From NCBI RefSeq assembly GCF_041146345.1, contig NW_027191404.1:434001-498000 (forward strand): a DNA stretch of 64,000 nt, written 5' to 3'. Positions 13,613-25,755 of this stretch are shown here, piece by piece; positions within the stretch are counted from its first letter, which is position 1, and every line of letters starts with the position of its first letter. The notes under the pieces were generated by a model. That model did not search any database and had not been told where the DNA came from. It saw nothing but the letters and a program-made list of their open reading frames with translations. Source of the stretch: Neodothiora populina. Taxonomy: Eukaryota. A program made the position numbers and the translations under genes.

Positions 13613-15548
13613 ATGGATTGGGGAATCCCAGACACCGCTAGTAAGAGTTTCCATCGTCAGCTACCAAACGACGAATGATTGATTGACATTGTCTCTTCTA
13701 CAGCCCAGGGCGACGACAAGTGGGACACCAATGCTGGTAACGACTTCACCACCAGTCAATTTCAGCATGGCGATGTCGACTCTTTCCATGGCATCGATCC
13801 TCAGGAAATCCCCAAGCATGAAAACGCTGGTGGTGGTTTCGATAATGCTTGCCGCAAGTAAGCTTTATCTGTTGTTCTTGATGCGACTTACCTCTTGTGA
13901 GAGGACTACTTTGCTGACCTCGTCGTCTATAGCTGCGGCCAGGAAGGTCACTTCGTGAGTTTCGAGATGGCTATATTGCTGACCGTGATGCTAAAGTCTG
14001 TTCCAGGCCAGGGAGTGTACAGAGCCTCGTCAGGGAGGTGGAATGACCGGAGAATGCTTTAATTGTGGCCAGGTTGGGTGAGTTCTGACGGATTCTTCGA
14101 ACTTGAATACACGGGTCCAAATTCTAATGGCGTTGCAGCCACAATAAGATCGACTGTCCCAATGAACGTGTCGCGAGAGACTTTACTGGCACTTGTCATC
14201 TTTGCGATGAAGTTGGCCACCGCGCTATTGACTGCCCTACCAAACCACCAGACGTGTGCAAGCGGTGTGGTGCCGAGGGTAATGCTGCCTCTCCATGCAA
14301 ATTCTGCTGGCGAGAAGTGATATTGACTTTGGCACAGGCCACGATGCTTCGGACTGCACCAGTGCTTACAACTTGTACAGAAACGATGTCGAAACCATCG
14401 TCGCTGACAAGGCTTGGGACGAACTTCTTGATGCTGATCAGAATGGAGACCTTGATGACTTCAAGAAGGCATTCTTCGCTTACACCAAATCATCTCCAGC
14501 AATGTCACTGTCACTACTCCAGACCACATTCCGCGAGGTCAAGATGAAGACTTGGCTTGTGGCCAAAGAGCAAGAGGTGTCTGTCACTCACACCATTGTC
14601 AATCTGCAGGGCAAGCCAGGCTGCAAGTACGTCATCTCCTTTCAGTACGGACTCACTCCTCGCCGCGCCAAGATGGCGGACGCATGGCCAAAGACCGAGG
14701 AAGAAAACATGGAGCGTCTTGAGAATGCCGGTTTTCCAATGGATGGAATGGTGCCATACTGCAACAACTGTGAAACCCTTGGCCATACTTTGAAGCGATG
14801 CACCGAGGACAAGCGTGAGATCGAGAAGCCAAAGATAGAATGCAGCAACTGTAAAGAAGAGGGTCATTATCGACGTGACTGTCCCAACCCCCGTAAGGGC
14901 TACAACGCGTGTCGGAACTGCAGCCAGCCCGGTCATCGTGCGAATGAATGCACCGAGCCGCCTAATGTTGACAACGTCGAGTGTCGCAAGTGCAGTCAGA
15001 TGGGCCATTTCTCCAGAGATTGCCCGGACGCTCCCAAGTTCGAGTGCCGTAATTGTGGACAGAAAGGTCATCGCGTACGTCTTGCAGCGATTTAATTTTT
15101 CGTTTCATCAAGATTGACATGTAAATTTTAGGCTTCTGATTGTACCGAGGAACGCAAAGTCACCTGTCGCAACTGCAATGGCGAAGGACACATGTCTCGC
15201 GATTGCCCTGAGCCTCGTAACATGGCAAACATGCAGTGCCGCAACTGCGATGGAATGGGTCACAGCTCCCGTGAATGCCCACAGCCAAAGGATTGGTCCA
15301 AGTTTCAGTGCCGCAACTGTGGTGAGATGGGCCACGGAGCCGCTCGCTGCAAGCAGCCACCGAAGGAAGAGGGCGACAACTACGATACCGCAGGAGGTGA
15401 TGGGACCAGCAGTGGTTGGGCTGCCACTGCAGATGTTCCTGCTAGCGATGGATGGGACAATGGTGCTGCGGACGTTCCTTCTGCGTCTGGTGCTAATGAT
15501 GGCTGGGGTACTGTAGAGACAGCCGCTGTCACTACCGGTGGATGGTAG
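13613..15548 (+). CDS. Multi zinc-knuckle protein (12 x CX2CX4HX4C, CnjB-like) with GW-motif tail; introns 13641-13703, 13858-13932, 13955-14006, 14078-14138, 14279-14337, 15075-15131
   Basis: Spliced model gives 4 knuckles, a central globular region and 8 more knuckles; all introns are GT-AG and preserve the frame. Confidence 0.88.
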
Positions 15549-17371
15549 ATTTCTGGCAACAACTCCCGCGACATAGTACACAGTCACACATTCACGCTTT
15601 CAAAACGCCCAGATAAGCCATTCACCCTCAGATAAAAGTCCACATCGGCCTTACAACCTTGCTGCAACAGGGGAAAGGAGCGATCGTGTCGCTCGATCAA
15701 TGACAGTGGTGGTTTTACAAGCTTTAGACTGCTCTAGTGATCAAAGGTCGGGGGGGTTGACAGGCCTATACTTACATGTAATCGTAGCTTCGGACAAACA
15801 TAGTGCAAGAGCACATCCGAGAACTCATTCCACACTACATGTACTGCACGTGTCATGAACAAAAAGAAAGATAGTTTGCGCCTCTTCTCCACAGAGTGAT
15901 TGGAACCAGGAGTGTAAGTAGGGTTCCCCACTGATTATTTTGCGTTTTGCGAACAAGTCTACTCTTCATGAATATAGGATTTCCATAGCAGGCCGTTGAT
16001 CTACCACCCACGCGCAAGCCACGTGAGCAAAAGATTCGAATACCTCACGGTAGATTCAATCAGTGGTCCTGTCAGCTTTACCATCCTCAGACGTCTGCAG
16101 CACACTACTGTCCTGTACCTGCACAGAGGAGGTGGCGCGATCGGTTGCCCGAATAGGGAAACTTCCGATTCCAGGATCGAAACCTTGGCGATACCTAGCT
16201 TTTGAACCCTACAGTACACCACCTTATATTTTCGAACACCGACTCTCCAGATGTCATGGAAGTAAGGGGGCAAATGTGACACAGGTTGTCGCTACCTTTC
16301 GTTACGAAGATGCGGATCGCCTGTCTGAACACATCAAGTCACTTGCATATTGCCGATTTTCCCTGACTAGAAGTACGTGAATTGCTAGGATCTCGTGGCA
16401 ACTAAAGTGTTGCAACGCTCGATTGGAAGGCTCGCCTAGGACATCCCGACGTGGCTCGATCTCGGATTGCGAAAGGCCTCCATCTATGATTCAAGGAACA
16501 ATAAATGGTACATACGTACGCCCGGAATACGGCGCCTTACTTTGCGACCACAAAAGCCCCCTCGGCCCACGTTCCTCGCCCTGCTCCACAAACGTGGGAC
16601 CCCCAAACGGGGCCCCGCAACCACCTACGTCAATTCCCCCAGCAAGGCGGGGCGTTAGCGTCGTTTTAGATGATCATCGCTGCTGCATCTCGGTGACCGT
16701 GCAACACGATCTTGGCTTATTCTCGGTTGCGCTTCGAGTGTAAGGAACACGCGAATCGGACTGTTCGCCTTGTTGACTGACCGGCAGGAATGATATGCTC
16801 CTCTATAGAAAAATAGGCACTGCACGTCTTGCTCTTGGGACTTTTGTGCCTGAGTGGTAGGATGTCTCTGTCAATCTCGTTCATCCCAGCTTGAACGCTA
16901 TAAGAAGGATTATACTTTCTGTCGCACACATCTATGATACAGATCCGCACACTGAGTGGGTTTCAGTATGCCTTAATCAACAGGGCCGAACAGGGTGTCG
17001 GTCAACCAGTGTGCTCGCTCCGAGGAGCGCATTTATGAAGCCAGCCTGCTCGGCTGAGCTGAATTAGGTAATCCGACAAACGGTGCCAATCCCGCTAGGG
17101 TTGCATGCCGAGTAGCCTATGTACTATAACTTCCCATGTGGGGAAGCAACGGGCATATTATACTGCGTGGTCGGTGCCAAGATGGTTTGCAGTATGTCTT
17201 TAGGTTCGAGATGGTAGTAGTGATATTGATCTCGTGGCGAGTATATTTACATCACGCTCTGCCGTGCTACTGTCGATTCAGATAATTTGCCCTTCGTCTC
17301 ATTTTTCTCATCTCTGCAAATAATCTGAAGGTGAATCAGAAGTTACGACGGCCTAGGGCTCACATATCATC

Positions 17372-19138
17372 ATGTTTGGCAAAAGATACTATGGCCTGAC
17401 GGGCCTTTCCCTCAATATTGCGATTGGTGTCATTGCTGGGTTAGGTGTGTATTGGAAATGCTGGACATGTTACACGCGAGACAGTGAAGCTGATTTTGCC
17501 TGCTCCAGATTTCTTCCTCTTCGGTTATGACCAAGGTGTCATGGGAGGATTGCTTACTCTGAACTCTTTCGTCGAGGTTTTCCCAGAAATCGATGTCAAC
17601 AATCCACCGCCGGGTAAGACTTCAAGCTACACTTCGACCATCCAGGGTATTTCGATTGGAAGCTACAACCTCGGCTGCTTCGTGGGAGCGGTTCTTACGA
17701 TATGGGTTGGTGACTGGCTCGGACGCAGATGGACCATCTTTGTTGGTTCTGCGATTATGGTCATTGGCGCAACTCTCCAGACTTCGGCATTTTCTCTTGG
17801 TCACTTGATTGCAGGAAGAATTATTACTGGTGTTGGCAATGGTAAATGAACTGCCGTAATTTGATTTTTTTATGCTCTTGCTGATCATAACTAGGCATGA
17901 ACACGTCAACGGTCCCTGTGTGGCAATCAGAAACATCCAAGTCTCACAGACGTGGCCAGATGGTCATGGTCGAGGGTGCCTTGATTACTGGTGGTGTCTG
18001 CCTATCTTACTGGCTTGATTTTGGCTTTTCATTCCTCGAGCCTTCCAGTATCGCATGGCGCTTCCCAATCGCCTTTCAGATTCTCATCGCTCTGATCATT
18101 CTATGCTTCATCCTCGGACTTCCCGAGTCTCCTCGTTGGCTCATGATGAAGGGTAAGGAAGACGAAGCGATCAACGTGCTGTGTGCGCTAAACTTGAGAG
18201 ATCGCGATGATCCATACATTGTCAGCGAGTTCAACGCCATCAAAGACGTCGCTCTCGTCATGCAAAGCGGAAGCTTCAGAGATCTCTTCACCATGGACGA
18301 GGATCGAAACTTCCACCGTGTCTGCTTGGGATTCGTCAACCAAATGTTCCAGCAGATTTCTGGAATCAATCTCATTACCTACTACGCCGCCACCATCTAC
18401 GAGAACAACATCAACCTGTCGCCGTTCATCTCGCGTATCTTGGCCGCCGCAAACGGAACAGAATACTTTTTGGCATCTTGGATCGCCGTCTTCACCATCG
18501 AGAAGTTTGGCCGTCGCCAACTCATGCTTTTCGGTGCAGTCGGCATGTCCGCATCCATGTGCATTCTGGCCGGCACAACCGCTCACCCCAGCACCAGCAC
18601 GGGCATCGCTGCCGCAGCTTTCCTATTCGTATTCAACACCTTCTTCGCCATCGGCTGGCTCGGCATGACCTGGCTGTACCCCGCGGAAATCGTACCTCTG
18701 CGCATCCGCGCACCCTCGAACGCTCTCTCGACCTCGGCAAACTGGATCTTCAACTTCATGGTCGTCATGATCACGCCTGTCGCCTTCGACACGATAGGCT
18801 ATCAGACGTACATCATCTTCGCCGTCATCAACGCCTTCATTGTGCCCTGCGTGTATTTCTTCTATCCCGAAACCGCCTATCGCTCGCTCGAGGAAATGGA
18901 CGCCATCTTCCACAAGACGACGTCCATCTGGGATGTCGTCAGGGTGGCTAAGAACGAGCCGCAGAGATACGGCAAGAACGGCGAGTTGTTGGTCGATTAC
19001 TTGGATACCGAGGAGGCGGCGGGCATCGGTGCGAGGAGGAGAAGCTCGGTCGTGAGGGGCGGGTCGGTCGTTGCTGGCGCTCATGATAAGAGTGTTGACA
19101 GCGAGAAGCTTGGGGCTGTGCACAAAGATCGTGTTTGA
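17372..19138 (+). CDS. MFS sugar/polyol porter, STL1-like; introns 17445-17508, 17842-17894
   Basis: LFGYDQGVMGG, GDWLGRR, VPVWQSE, PESPRWL, QQISGIN and PET motifs. Confidence 0.92.
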
Positions 19139-21005
19139 GCGGTCTGTTTGTTCTTTTTCCCTTTCTAAGTACACTATAGTAGCTGATACATATATCACTG
19201 TGGTTTGGGCTTTCGCGACCACCCTTACTCTTCCGTCTTTTCCTGCTGCCTCGAGCTGTAGAAGGAAATACGTTACTTGGAAACATAAGTGATCTCTCCA
19301 TTTCTCTGATCATCTCTTTGCTAAACATTTGCAACCAATGTCTGATTTATTTCTCCGGCTTCCGCTTCATCTCACTTCACTCTCATCTCACTTCTACCCT
19401 CCACTCTATAATCATCACAAGCACTGAAGCAAAGACGCAAAATCTATCTCCTCATCTCAAAGCAGTGATAACACTAAGTGAACGCAACATCTAAACCCCC
19501 CCTTAAGAAAAGGTGGATATGTCAGAGATGACTTTGGATATATCCTCGCCTCCTGAGAGTGTTCCTCCCTTACGTGGTCTAGGCCTTTCATATTCCATGT
19601 TACACCTTTCTTTTTTTGCTTTCCTCACTTACATTCAATGATGATTCACTTAGTCGTGTTGTCATTTATCTTGCATGAGAAAGTGAGAACGCTATAGATC
19701 CCCTGGCTTCTTAAATGAAGAAAGCTCCCGTTTCCCCCAAGCCGAACATGCTGGTAAGTAACCCGTGGACGCCAAAAATACCCAAATGCAAGCGACAACC
19801 GCTCGGTATCGTGTGACGTGTGGATGTCCATGGTCGCGACGACAGGGCACGCGCCGAAGCGAGCTTAGTTTCTCACAAAGTGACTTGGTCTGAAGTAGTA
19901 CTTTGACTTGCTTCAGAAGACCTTATAGTCGCTTAGTAAACCGCCGAGATTTTTCGTGGTCGCAGCGATACTGTAAAGTGTGATACGGAGCAGACGAGTG
20001 GCAGGTTGGCAGGATCATTATGAGCACGCTGCCGGCGATGCCTGGTCAGGTGTTGCTGGATGGGTTCTTTGTCGGCCAGGGGGCCGTAACATACAGACTC
20101 TGAGGTATTGTACAGTAGGTAGAAATCATTGTGACATGCTAGATCGCAACACAATTCACACATATTCCGCGTCGATGGAAGAGCCATCAGTGAGCATTCA
20201 GTCTTCACATCTCCACCAAATGGCTCTAGATCTTTCCTGGACCTGAGCCAAGAGATAGCCTTACCACCACTACTAGTAAGTACTTGTCTACAACAAGGAC
20301 AACAAGAACTGCAAAGCTGCGGCGGCCAGAGCACTTCTGATCAAGTACTGCGCCAGAGACACAGCGTCCAGGCTCGCGCACAAGACAGCCATATTTTCTC
20401 AATGCACAGCTGAAGGAAGCTGGAGTAGGTCACGATACCATTTCTCTACGAGGACCGATCTATGAGACTCCTCTCTCCCTCGCTTGCCCTTCAACGTCGT
20501 CTCTGAGGAGATCCTATGAACCGATCTCTGCTCGAGAGGCATCAATTCTGGTAAGTGTAGAATCAATCCTTGCTAGAGCAGTACCAATACAAGGTGATTG
20601 CGTATCGGAGATTGATTATCAGTAGTTAGAACAAACGCAGTATGGTTCACAAGACAGGGACGCCGAAGCAGCCACTACGCCATCCGGTCGTTCCTCTTTC
20701 AATGGTGTGCAAAGTAGAGATCTGAAGTAGAAACTGGATGTACATAGTGCTCAATCTATTCAGATGGCTTCAGCTCTATCTCATCCTTGAATCACTCGAC
20801 TAGCGGAGTCGGTGGAGAAAAAGTTGTTTTTGGCGTTTTGTATATCTACGCCAACTACATTTTCATACGATGCTGAGCCTGGGGAGAAGTGACTGAATAT
20901 AAACGCATCCGATTCGGGCACGCCTTGATATAATAGACCTATGACCCATCGTTTCATCTCTTCCCATTCAGACTACGATACGTATTTCACAGTAGAGTAT
21001 CCAAA

Positions 21006-24000
21006 TCACTCAAACCCACTATCACTCCGGACAAAAAGTCCACCTAATCCACTTGCTGCACCACCACTACCGGTACCACTACCAGACCCAGTCCTCATAC
21101 CAGCGATCTTCCTGACACTTTCCTTTCTCTTGCGTTCTGCTCTCTCCAACACGATACGTCGCTCGGCTTCTCGCGCTTGATAATTGATACTCGATTTGCG
21201 AGAGCCTCCCATTCGCACGCCAGCGCTGTCTTCACGAGTCACACTTCGAGAAGCAGGGAGGGCGGGAGGAGGCATTGACGACTTATTGTTGTTTGTCGTT
21301 GCTCGTCGTAGGAGGCCGGGCAGGTTCTTGGAGAAACTGCCGTTGCTTCCTCCTGTTGTGGAGAACGCCACGGCTGAACCGTTGCCGTCGGTCATGGTCA
21401 AGGATGATGATGTTTGTTTTTTTAGTGTCAGGCGGTCGACTACGCCTTCGTTGGTGGGTTTCGTTCTTCTTTCCGCGGCTGGGGCGCGTTGGTAGGCTTG
21501 TTGTTCACCTCCGTCGTCAGAGTCGTCTGAGAATACTGTGCCATTGGCTTCGGGATCGATGTGTGCGTCTTCGATGAGGAAAGACACACTTTCGCGGACT
21601 TCGGCCAGGGATCGCGGCGCGCGGAATGCTTCCAGTGGATTGCGGCGCATTGAGATCTTGGATCGTTTGGTTGTTGATGCTTGGCCTGCTGCAGCTGCAG
21701 ACTTGCGTTTGAGTACATTGGCTGAAGTCTCTGTCAAGGGTTCTTGTTGAGAAGCAGACGACTCGACGTTCTCTTGTGATTGTGAGTCTCCCGAACCCGC
21801 AGGAGCGTTGTCATTGTGTTCATCTTCGTTGCCTCCGTCAAGGAGATCGCCCATCTCTTCATCTTCCAATTCATCTTCTCTATCTTCAATGGCTCGCAAG
21901 AAAGCTTCTTTCTTGTCGTTTGTTCCCAACTTTCCGACACTCTCGTCCTGCAACAAAAGTCGTCTCTTTCTGGCTTCCTCACGCTGTTTTCTTCTCCTGC
22001 GTTCGGCAAATTGCTCGTCTTCGTCGCTGTCGAGGTCAAAGGCGCCATTGCCTGCTCCACCGCGCTTACGTCTCATGGCTCCAGACATGAGATCCTTGTA
22101 CAACTTACTGGTCTGAGCCTCGTCTTGGTTCCTGGCACGCTCTGCATAGAAAGCAGCTAATTCTCTTTCGTTGACGTTGACTTCAGACTCGTCGATCATG
22201 GCCTTGTCTGCTTCGTCTTCCTCTTCATTGTCGGGATTGTCGTCGTCAGATGCTCCTCCGAGACCAGCGTACTCGTCCTCGGACTCTTCTGCTTGCTCCT
22301 CGACCATGCGGCGGGCTTCACTGGCTTTCTTGTTGAAGTCGACTTGCTGGGCTTTTGTCGCTGCCTTGCGCATTTTGGCAAAAGCATCCGCTGCTTGAGG
22401 ATCTTGTGATGCTGCATCGATCTCCTCGTCGGATGAAGCCCCGTCATAAGCCACACGACGGACTAGTCGACCCCTGCGATGGGAGTGTTGGGCAATGGGG
22501 CTTTCCGGGACATTCATCATGACAATTTCCTGCGTGGTATGCGGGGCGTGAAAGTCCAGTCTGAGAGGTGTGTAATCCTTCTTCACGCCTACATCCTGGG
22601 AAGGTGTAAAGTCGAGGTCGCCATACTGGGAAGTTGATGCCACTCTCTTCATCAGAGGCGTTTCCTGCTGAGGCAGCTGAGAAAAGTGCAGGTCGATCTG
22701 ATTGCTTGCTGTGGCCGTCTGACTGTCCTCGACTGTGGCATCGTCCGGAGTATCTTGCGAGTCCAGAGCAGGAGCAAATGTTGGCACAGGAGCAGAGGGA
22801 AGGTTACGGAGCATGTCGAATGAATCCTGCTCGGTGTCAGGGAAAGTTGGTCCAGGCACTGTGCCATTTAGACTGTCCTGGGTGTCTGCCATTGTTCCCG
22901 CAAACATTTGAGATACTCCTAAAGCTGGCGCAGGCCCGAACCCGAATGCAGCTGCGAGGTCATTGTTGACGATTTCGCCAGTTCCGGTGGGAAAAGGCTT
23001 CTGTGTGGTTGCGAGCTCCTCGTCTTCATCCTCGTCGTCGTCCACAACACGCTTCACGCGAGATCGTCTTACTGGCAATGCTTGGGGCAGATGCTCGATC
23101 TGAAAAGCTTCCTCCCCGGCATCCTGCATTTCGCCATCTGCTTGTTCCTCGTCAGGGATGCCATCGCCCTCGTGAGCTTCGTTGTCAATCATGTCGTCGT
23201 GCTCGCCTTCGACCTCGTCCTCATCTTCACTGCCAGACAGATCAATGTCCTCAGCTCCATCGGCGACTTCGCCTGGACCTTCCTCGTCGCTGGCCGCATA
23301 GTCGCCGTCCTCGCTCTCATCGCTAGAAGCAAGCACATCTGTCTCTTCCAAACCGGCTTCTTTGGCAGCCTTGCGCTCTTTCTTCCTGAGGTCGTCGGCT
23401 TCCTCCCTGGCTCTCTCGAGCATGTTTTCGATGTACACTTGCTCCTTCTCTCGCTCTTCTTCCGTCATGATGACGATGCCTTTGGCTTTGAGGTTGGCAA
23501 TCTTCTCCTCGCGCTCCTTGATCGCTTGGATCTTTGCTCTGCGACGAAGTTCGATTTCGAGCTGGGCGGGAGTCATGGAAGGTCTTTCGCCCTTTTTCAA
23601 GCGTGGCTTTTCCGTATGGTTGAGATGGGCGAGGTGTCGTAGAAGATGCAAGGAGCGGGACCCGGTGCTCTTCGAGGGCCCTACAGAGTTGAAAATGGAT
23701 GACACTCGGTCAGTCTGAACGATCTCAATGTCTGAATCCGAGTCGTCCTGGGCGATGCTTTCCTGAGTAGGTTCTGGAGGTGGCAAGATACGGTATTGGC
23801 GCGGTGATTTCTTTCTGCTGGTTCTCTCAGTGAAAGCTGATGGGGAATTTGCCGCTCGGACGGGTGCTGCGCCCTTGTCGAGTTTGGCGCGTGACTGAGA
23901 CGAAGTGAGCTGCTCGAGGTCCGGGAGATCATCTTGGTCGGACTGAACTTCAGAGAGCTGTGCGTCATCTCTCCGAGGCACTCCAGATGGTAGTCTCTCT

Positions 24001-25187
24001 TGTTCGTCGTGCACGCTTGGTGGGCTACTGGGAGGAGTGTCCCGAGCTTCCGCCTGCTCGGCATCAGACTCTACCGCGGCGACGGATGAGGAATCGGCAA
24101 CATTTGTGACATTGGAGAGCGGTGTTGCAGTGTGGGCTTTGGAAGTGAATGCGGATAGGAAGTCGGCGGTCGTGAACTTTTTCTTGGTTTTGGCGAGATG
24201 AGTGAGTTGCATGTTGCGGCTCATTCTCTGCGTCTCTCTGTTCATTTCCTCCAGAGCCTTCTTGCTCGCTTTCCGCGTAGGTCGTGATTGCTGTGTCAGC
24301 TTCTGCTCGGCGACGCGGTCCACATCTTCGTCGTCGTCGAAGAGATCAGAGAGCGGAGCATTGCCCTGCGGACGTTCTCCTTCGGCGTCCCGTTCCTCGG
24401 CCTCCTTGGCCAACCTTTCGCGGCGTCTGCGTTCGACGAGTTCCCTCAGTCGCGCCTGCATACCCTCGGAGTCTGGAAGATCGGCGTCAGACTCGGATCC
24501 GCTCTCTGCATCTCTGTTTCTGCCAGCGACAGGCGAGGGTCCAGGTGACATGAAAAGGCCGGGACTGGGGGAGCGCGAGGAAGCTGTGGGGCTCTGTGCC
24601 AATTGCCGGGCACGAGGTGCGGGTCGTCTGCGAGGGGGTGATGGCGTATTTGTTTCCCGCGTCGTCTCCTGTGCTTCTGCCCGACTGTCTGGCTCTCTCC
24701 TATCCGATTGCTTGGTCTTCTCTTCCAGTAGTTCTCTTCGGATCTTTTGGTAGACGGACTCGCGTGTTCGCTCCTTCTCTTTCTGTTTCTTCTCTTCCTG
24801 TTCGTCCGGTGATTCTCCCTCATTCTGCTCTTCCCGAAAGGGCAGAGCAGACGCGCCCATGGCCATTCTGGCAGCCATTCGGCCTCGGGGCTTTACGACA
24901 ACCTCGTCCTCGTCTTCATCCTCATCGTCCCCTTCATCTTCTTGGACTCCTTCGTGGCCGCTCTTCGACGTGTTGGTCTCGCGTCCAAGGAGAAGGGCTG
25001 ACGCGTGCGATGGCTCCGCTTTTGACAAGATCGTGCGTGACGTGACTTCGTCTTCAGAGTCCGAGTCGATCTTCGCAAGCATAGCTTGTATTCTGCTTCT
25101 CGGTGACATGATCTTTGGGGATGCGCCGTCGCTCATGCTGGGAGTCGACGCGCGACTTGATCTCGCGGTTCGTGTTGGCGACTCCAT
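21006..25187 (-). CDS. MRC1: Mediator of replication checkpoint (Mrc1/Claspin), intronless
   Basis: KASKKALEEMNRETQRMSRNMQL, MRC1 domain VEEQAEESEDEYAGLGGASDD, LAEVRESVSFL; acidic with SQ/TQ clusters. Confidence 0.9.
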   Translation of the reverse strand: MESPTRTARSSRASTPSMSDGASPKIMSPRSRIQAMLAKIDSDSEDEVTSRTILSKAEPSHASALLLGRETNTSKSGHEGVQEDEGDDEDEDEDEVVVKPRGRMAARMAMGASALPFREEQNEGESPDEQEEKKQKEKERTRESVYQKIRRELLEEKTKQSDRREPDSRAEAQETTRETNTPSPPRRRPAPRARQLAQSPTASSRSPSPGLFMSPGPSPVAGRNRDAESGSESDADLPDSEGMQARLRELVERRRRERLAKEAEERDAEGERPQGNAPLSDLFDDDEDVDRVAEQKLTQQSRPTRKASKKALEEMNRETQRMSRNMQLTHLAKTKKKFTTADFLSAFTSKAHTATPLSNVTNVADSSSVAAVESDAEQAEARDTPPSSPPSVHDEQERLPSGVPRRDDAQLSEVQSDQDDLPDLEQLTSSQSRAKLDKGAAPVRAANSPSAFTERTSRKKSPRQYRILPPPEPTQESIAQDDSDSDIEIVQTDRVSSIFNSVGPSKSTGSRSLHLLRHLAHLNHTEKPRLKKGERPSMTPAQLEIELRRRAKIQAIKEREEKIANLKAKGIVIMTEEEREKEQVYIENMLERAREEADDLRKKERKAAKEAGLEETDVLASSDESEDGDYAASDEEGPGEVADGAEDIDLSGSEDEDEVEGEHDDMIDNEAHEGDGIPDEEQADGEMQDAGEEAFQIEHLPQALPVRRSRVKRVVDDDEDEDEELATTQKPFPTGTGEIVNNDLAAAFGFGPAPALGVSQMFAGTMADTQDSLNGTVPGPTFPDTEQDSFDMLRNLPSAPVPTFAPALDSQDTPDDATVEDSQTATASNQIDLHFSQLPQQETPLMKRVASTSQYGDLDFTPSQDVGVKKDYTPLRLDFHAPHTTQEIVMMNVPESPIAQHSHRRGRLVRRVAYDGASSDEEIDAASQDPQAADAFAKMRKAATKAQQVDFNKKASEARRMVEEQAEESEDEYAGLGGASDDDNPDNEEEDEADKAMIDESEVNVNERELAAFYAERARNQDEAQTSKLYKDLMSGAMRRKRGGAGNGAFDLDSDEDEQFAERRRRKQREEARKRRLLLQDESVGKLGTNDKKEAFLRAIEDREDELEDEEMGDLLDGGNEDEHNDNAPAGSGDSQSQENVESSASQQEPLTETSANVLKRKSAAAAGQASTTKRSKISMRRNPLEAFRAPRSLAEVRESVSFLIEDAHIDPEANGTVFSDDSDDGGEQQAYQRAPAAERRTKPTNEGVVDRLTLKKQTSSSLTMTDGNGSAVAFSTTGGSNGSFSKNLPGLLRRATTNNNKSSMPPPALPASRSVTREDSAGVRMGGSRKSSINYQAREAERRIVLERAERKRKESVRKIAGMRTGSGSGTGSGGAASGLGGLFVRSDSGFE

Positions 25188-25344
25188 TGTTGTGTGATGC
25201 CTCTCAAGGCAGTGGTGTCGCTATTGTTGTTAAAAATTACAGGAAGTGCAAAGGGTATCAAATATGCAAATGCAGTAGGACAAGAAGCAGGTCGTGGACG
25301 AGGATGAGGATGAGGTTGAACAATTCCAAGTCGACGATTCGGAG

Positions 25345-25361
25345 ACGCGCCGCGACGCGAC
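25345..25361. promoter_or_regulatory. MCB-like (ACGCG/CGCG) cluster upstream of MRC1
   Basis: ACGCGCCGCGACGCGAC about 160 bp upstream of the MRC1 ATG. Confidence 0.5.
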
Positions 25362-25755
25362 TTTGACGTGCCTTCCTGCACATTTCGTGCTTCGAGTCTT
25401 GGCATCACGCCCGCCATCATTCATTAATACTCGTTCTACATCCCAGCCACAATTCAAAGGCAGCAGACATCGTCGTGATGAATCAAAAAAAAATGATTCG
25501 GCATTGAAACGTGCGTCTGTCTGCTCTACCGATATGACAAGGTACTCCATCGTGACTTGTCCCACCCACCACTTGTCGTGCCCTTCCCAGTCAAAGACAT
25601 GTCCCAGAACCCTGCATCAGAAACCTCCCATTCATAAACTCCGTAAAACTCCGTCGTGTCCCTGGCCACTCTCCTTCTCATCAATGTGCGAGTGTGTGTG
25701 GGCGAAGGTTCATGTGTCCGTCATGACCACCGCAGACCTTGTCCACCCGACTCAT

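Noticed and set aside
14760..15350. Zinc knuckles as a retrotransposon Gag
   Set aside because: Six spliceosomal introns and no protease, RT, integrase or LTRs
21184..25197. Many long antisense ORFs over MRC1 and other genes
   Set aside because: Shadow ORFs expected from GC-rich codon usage
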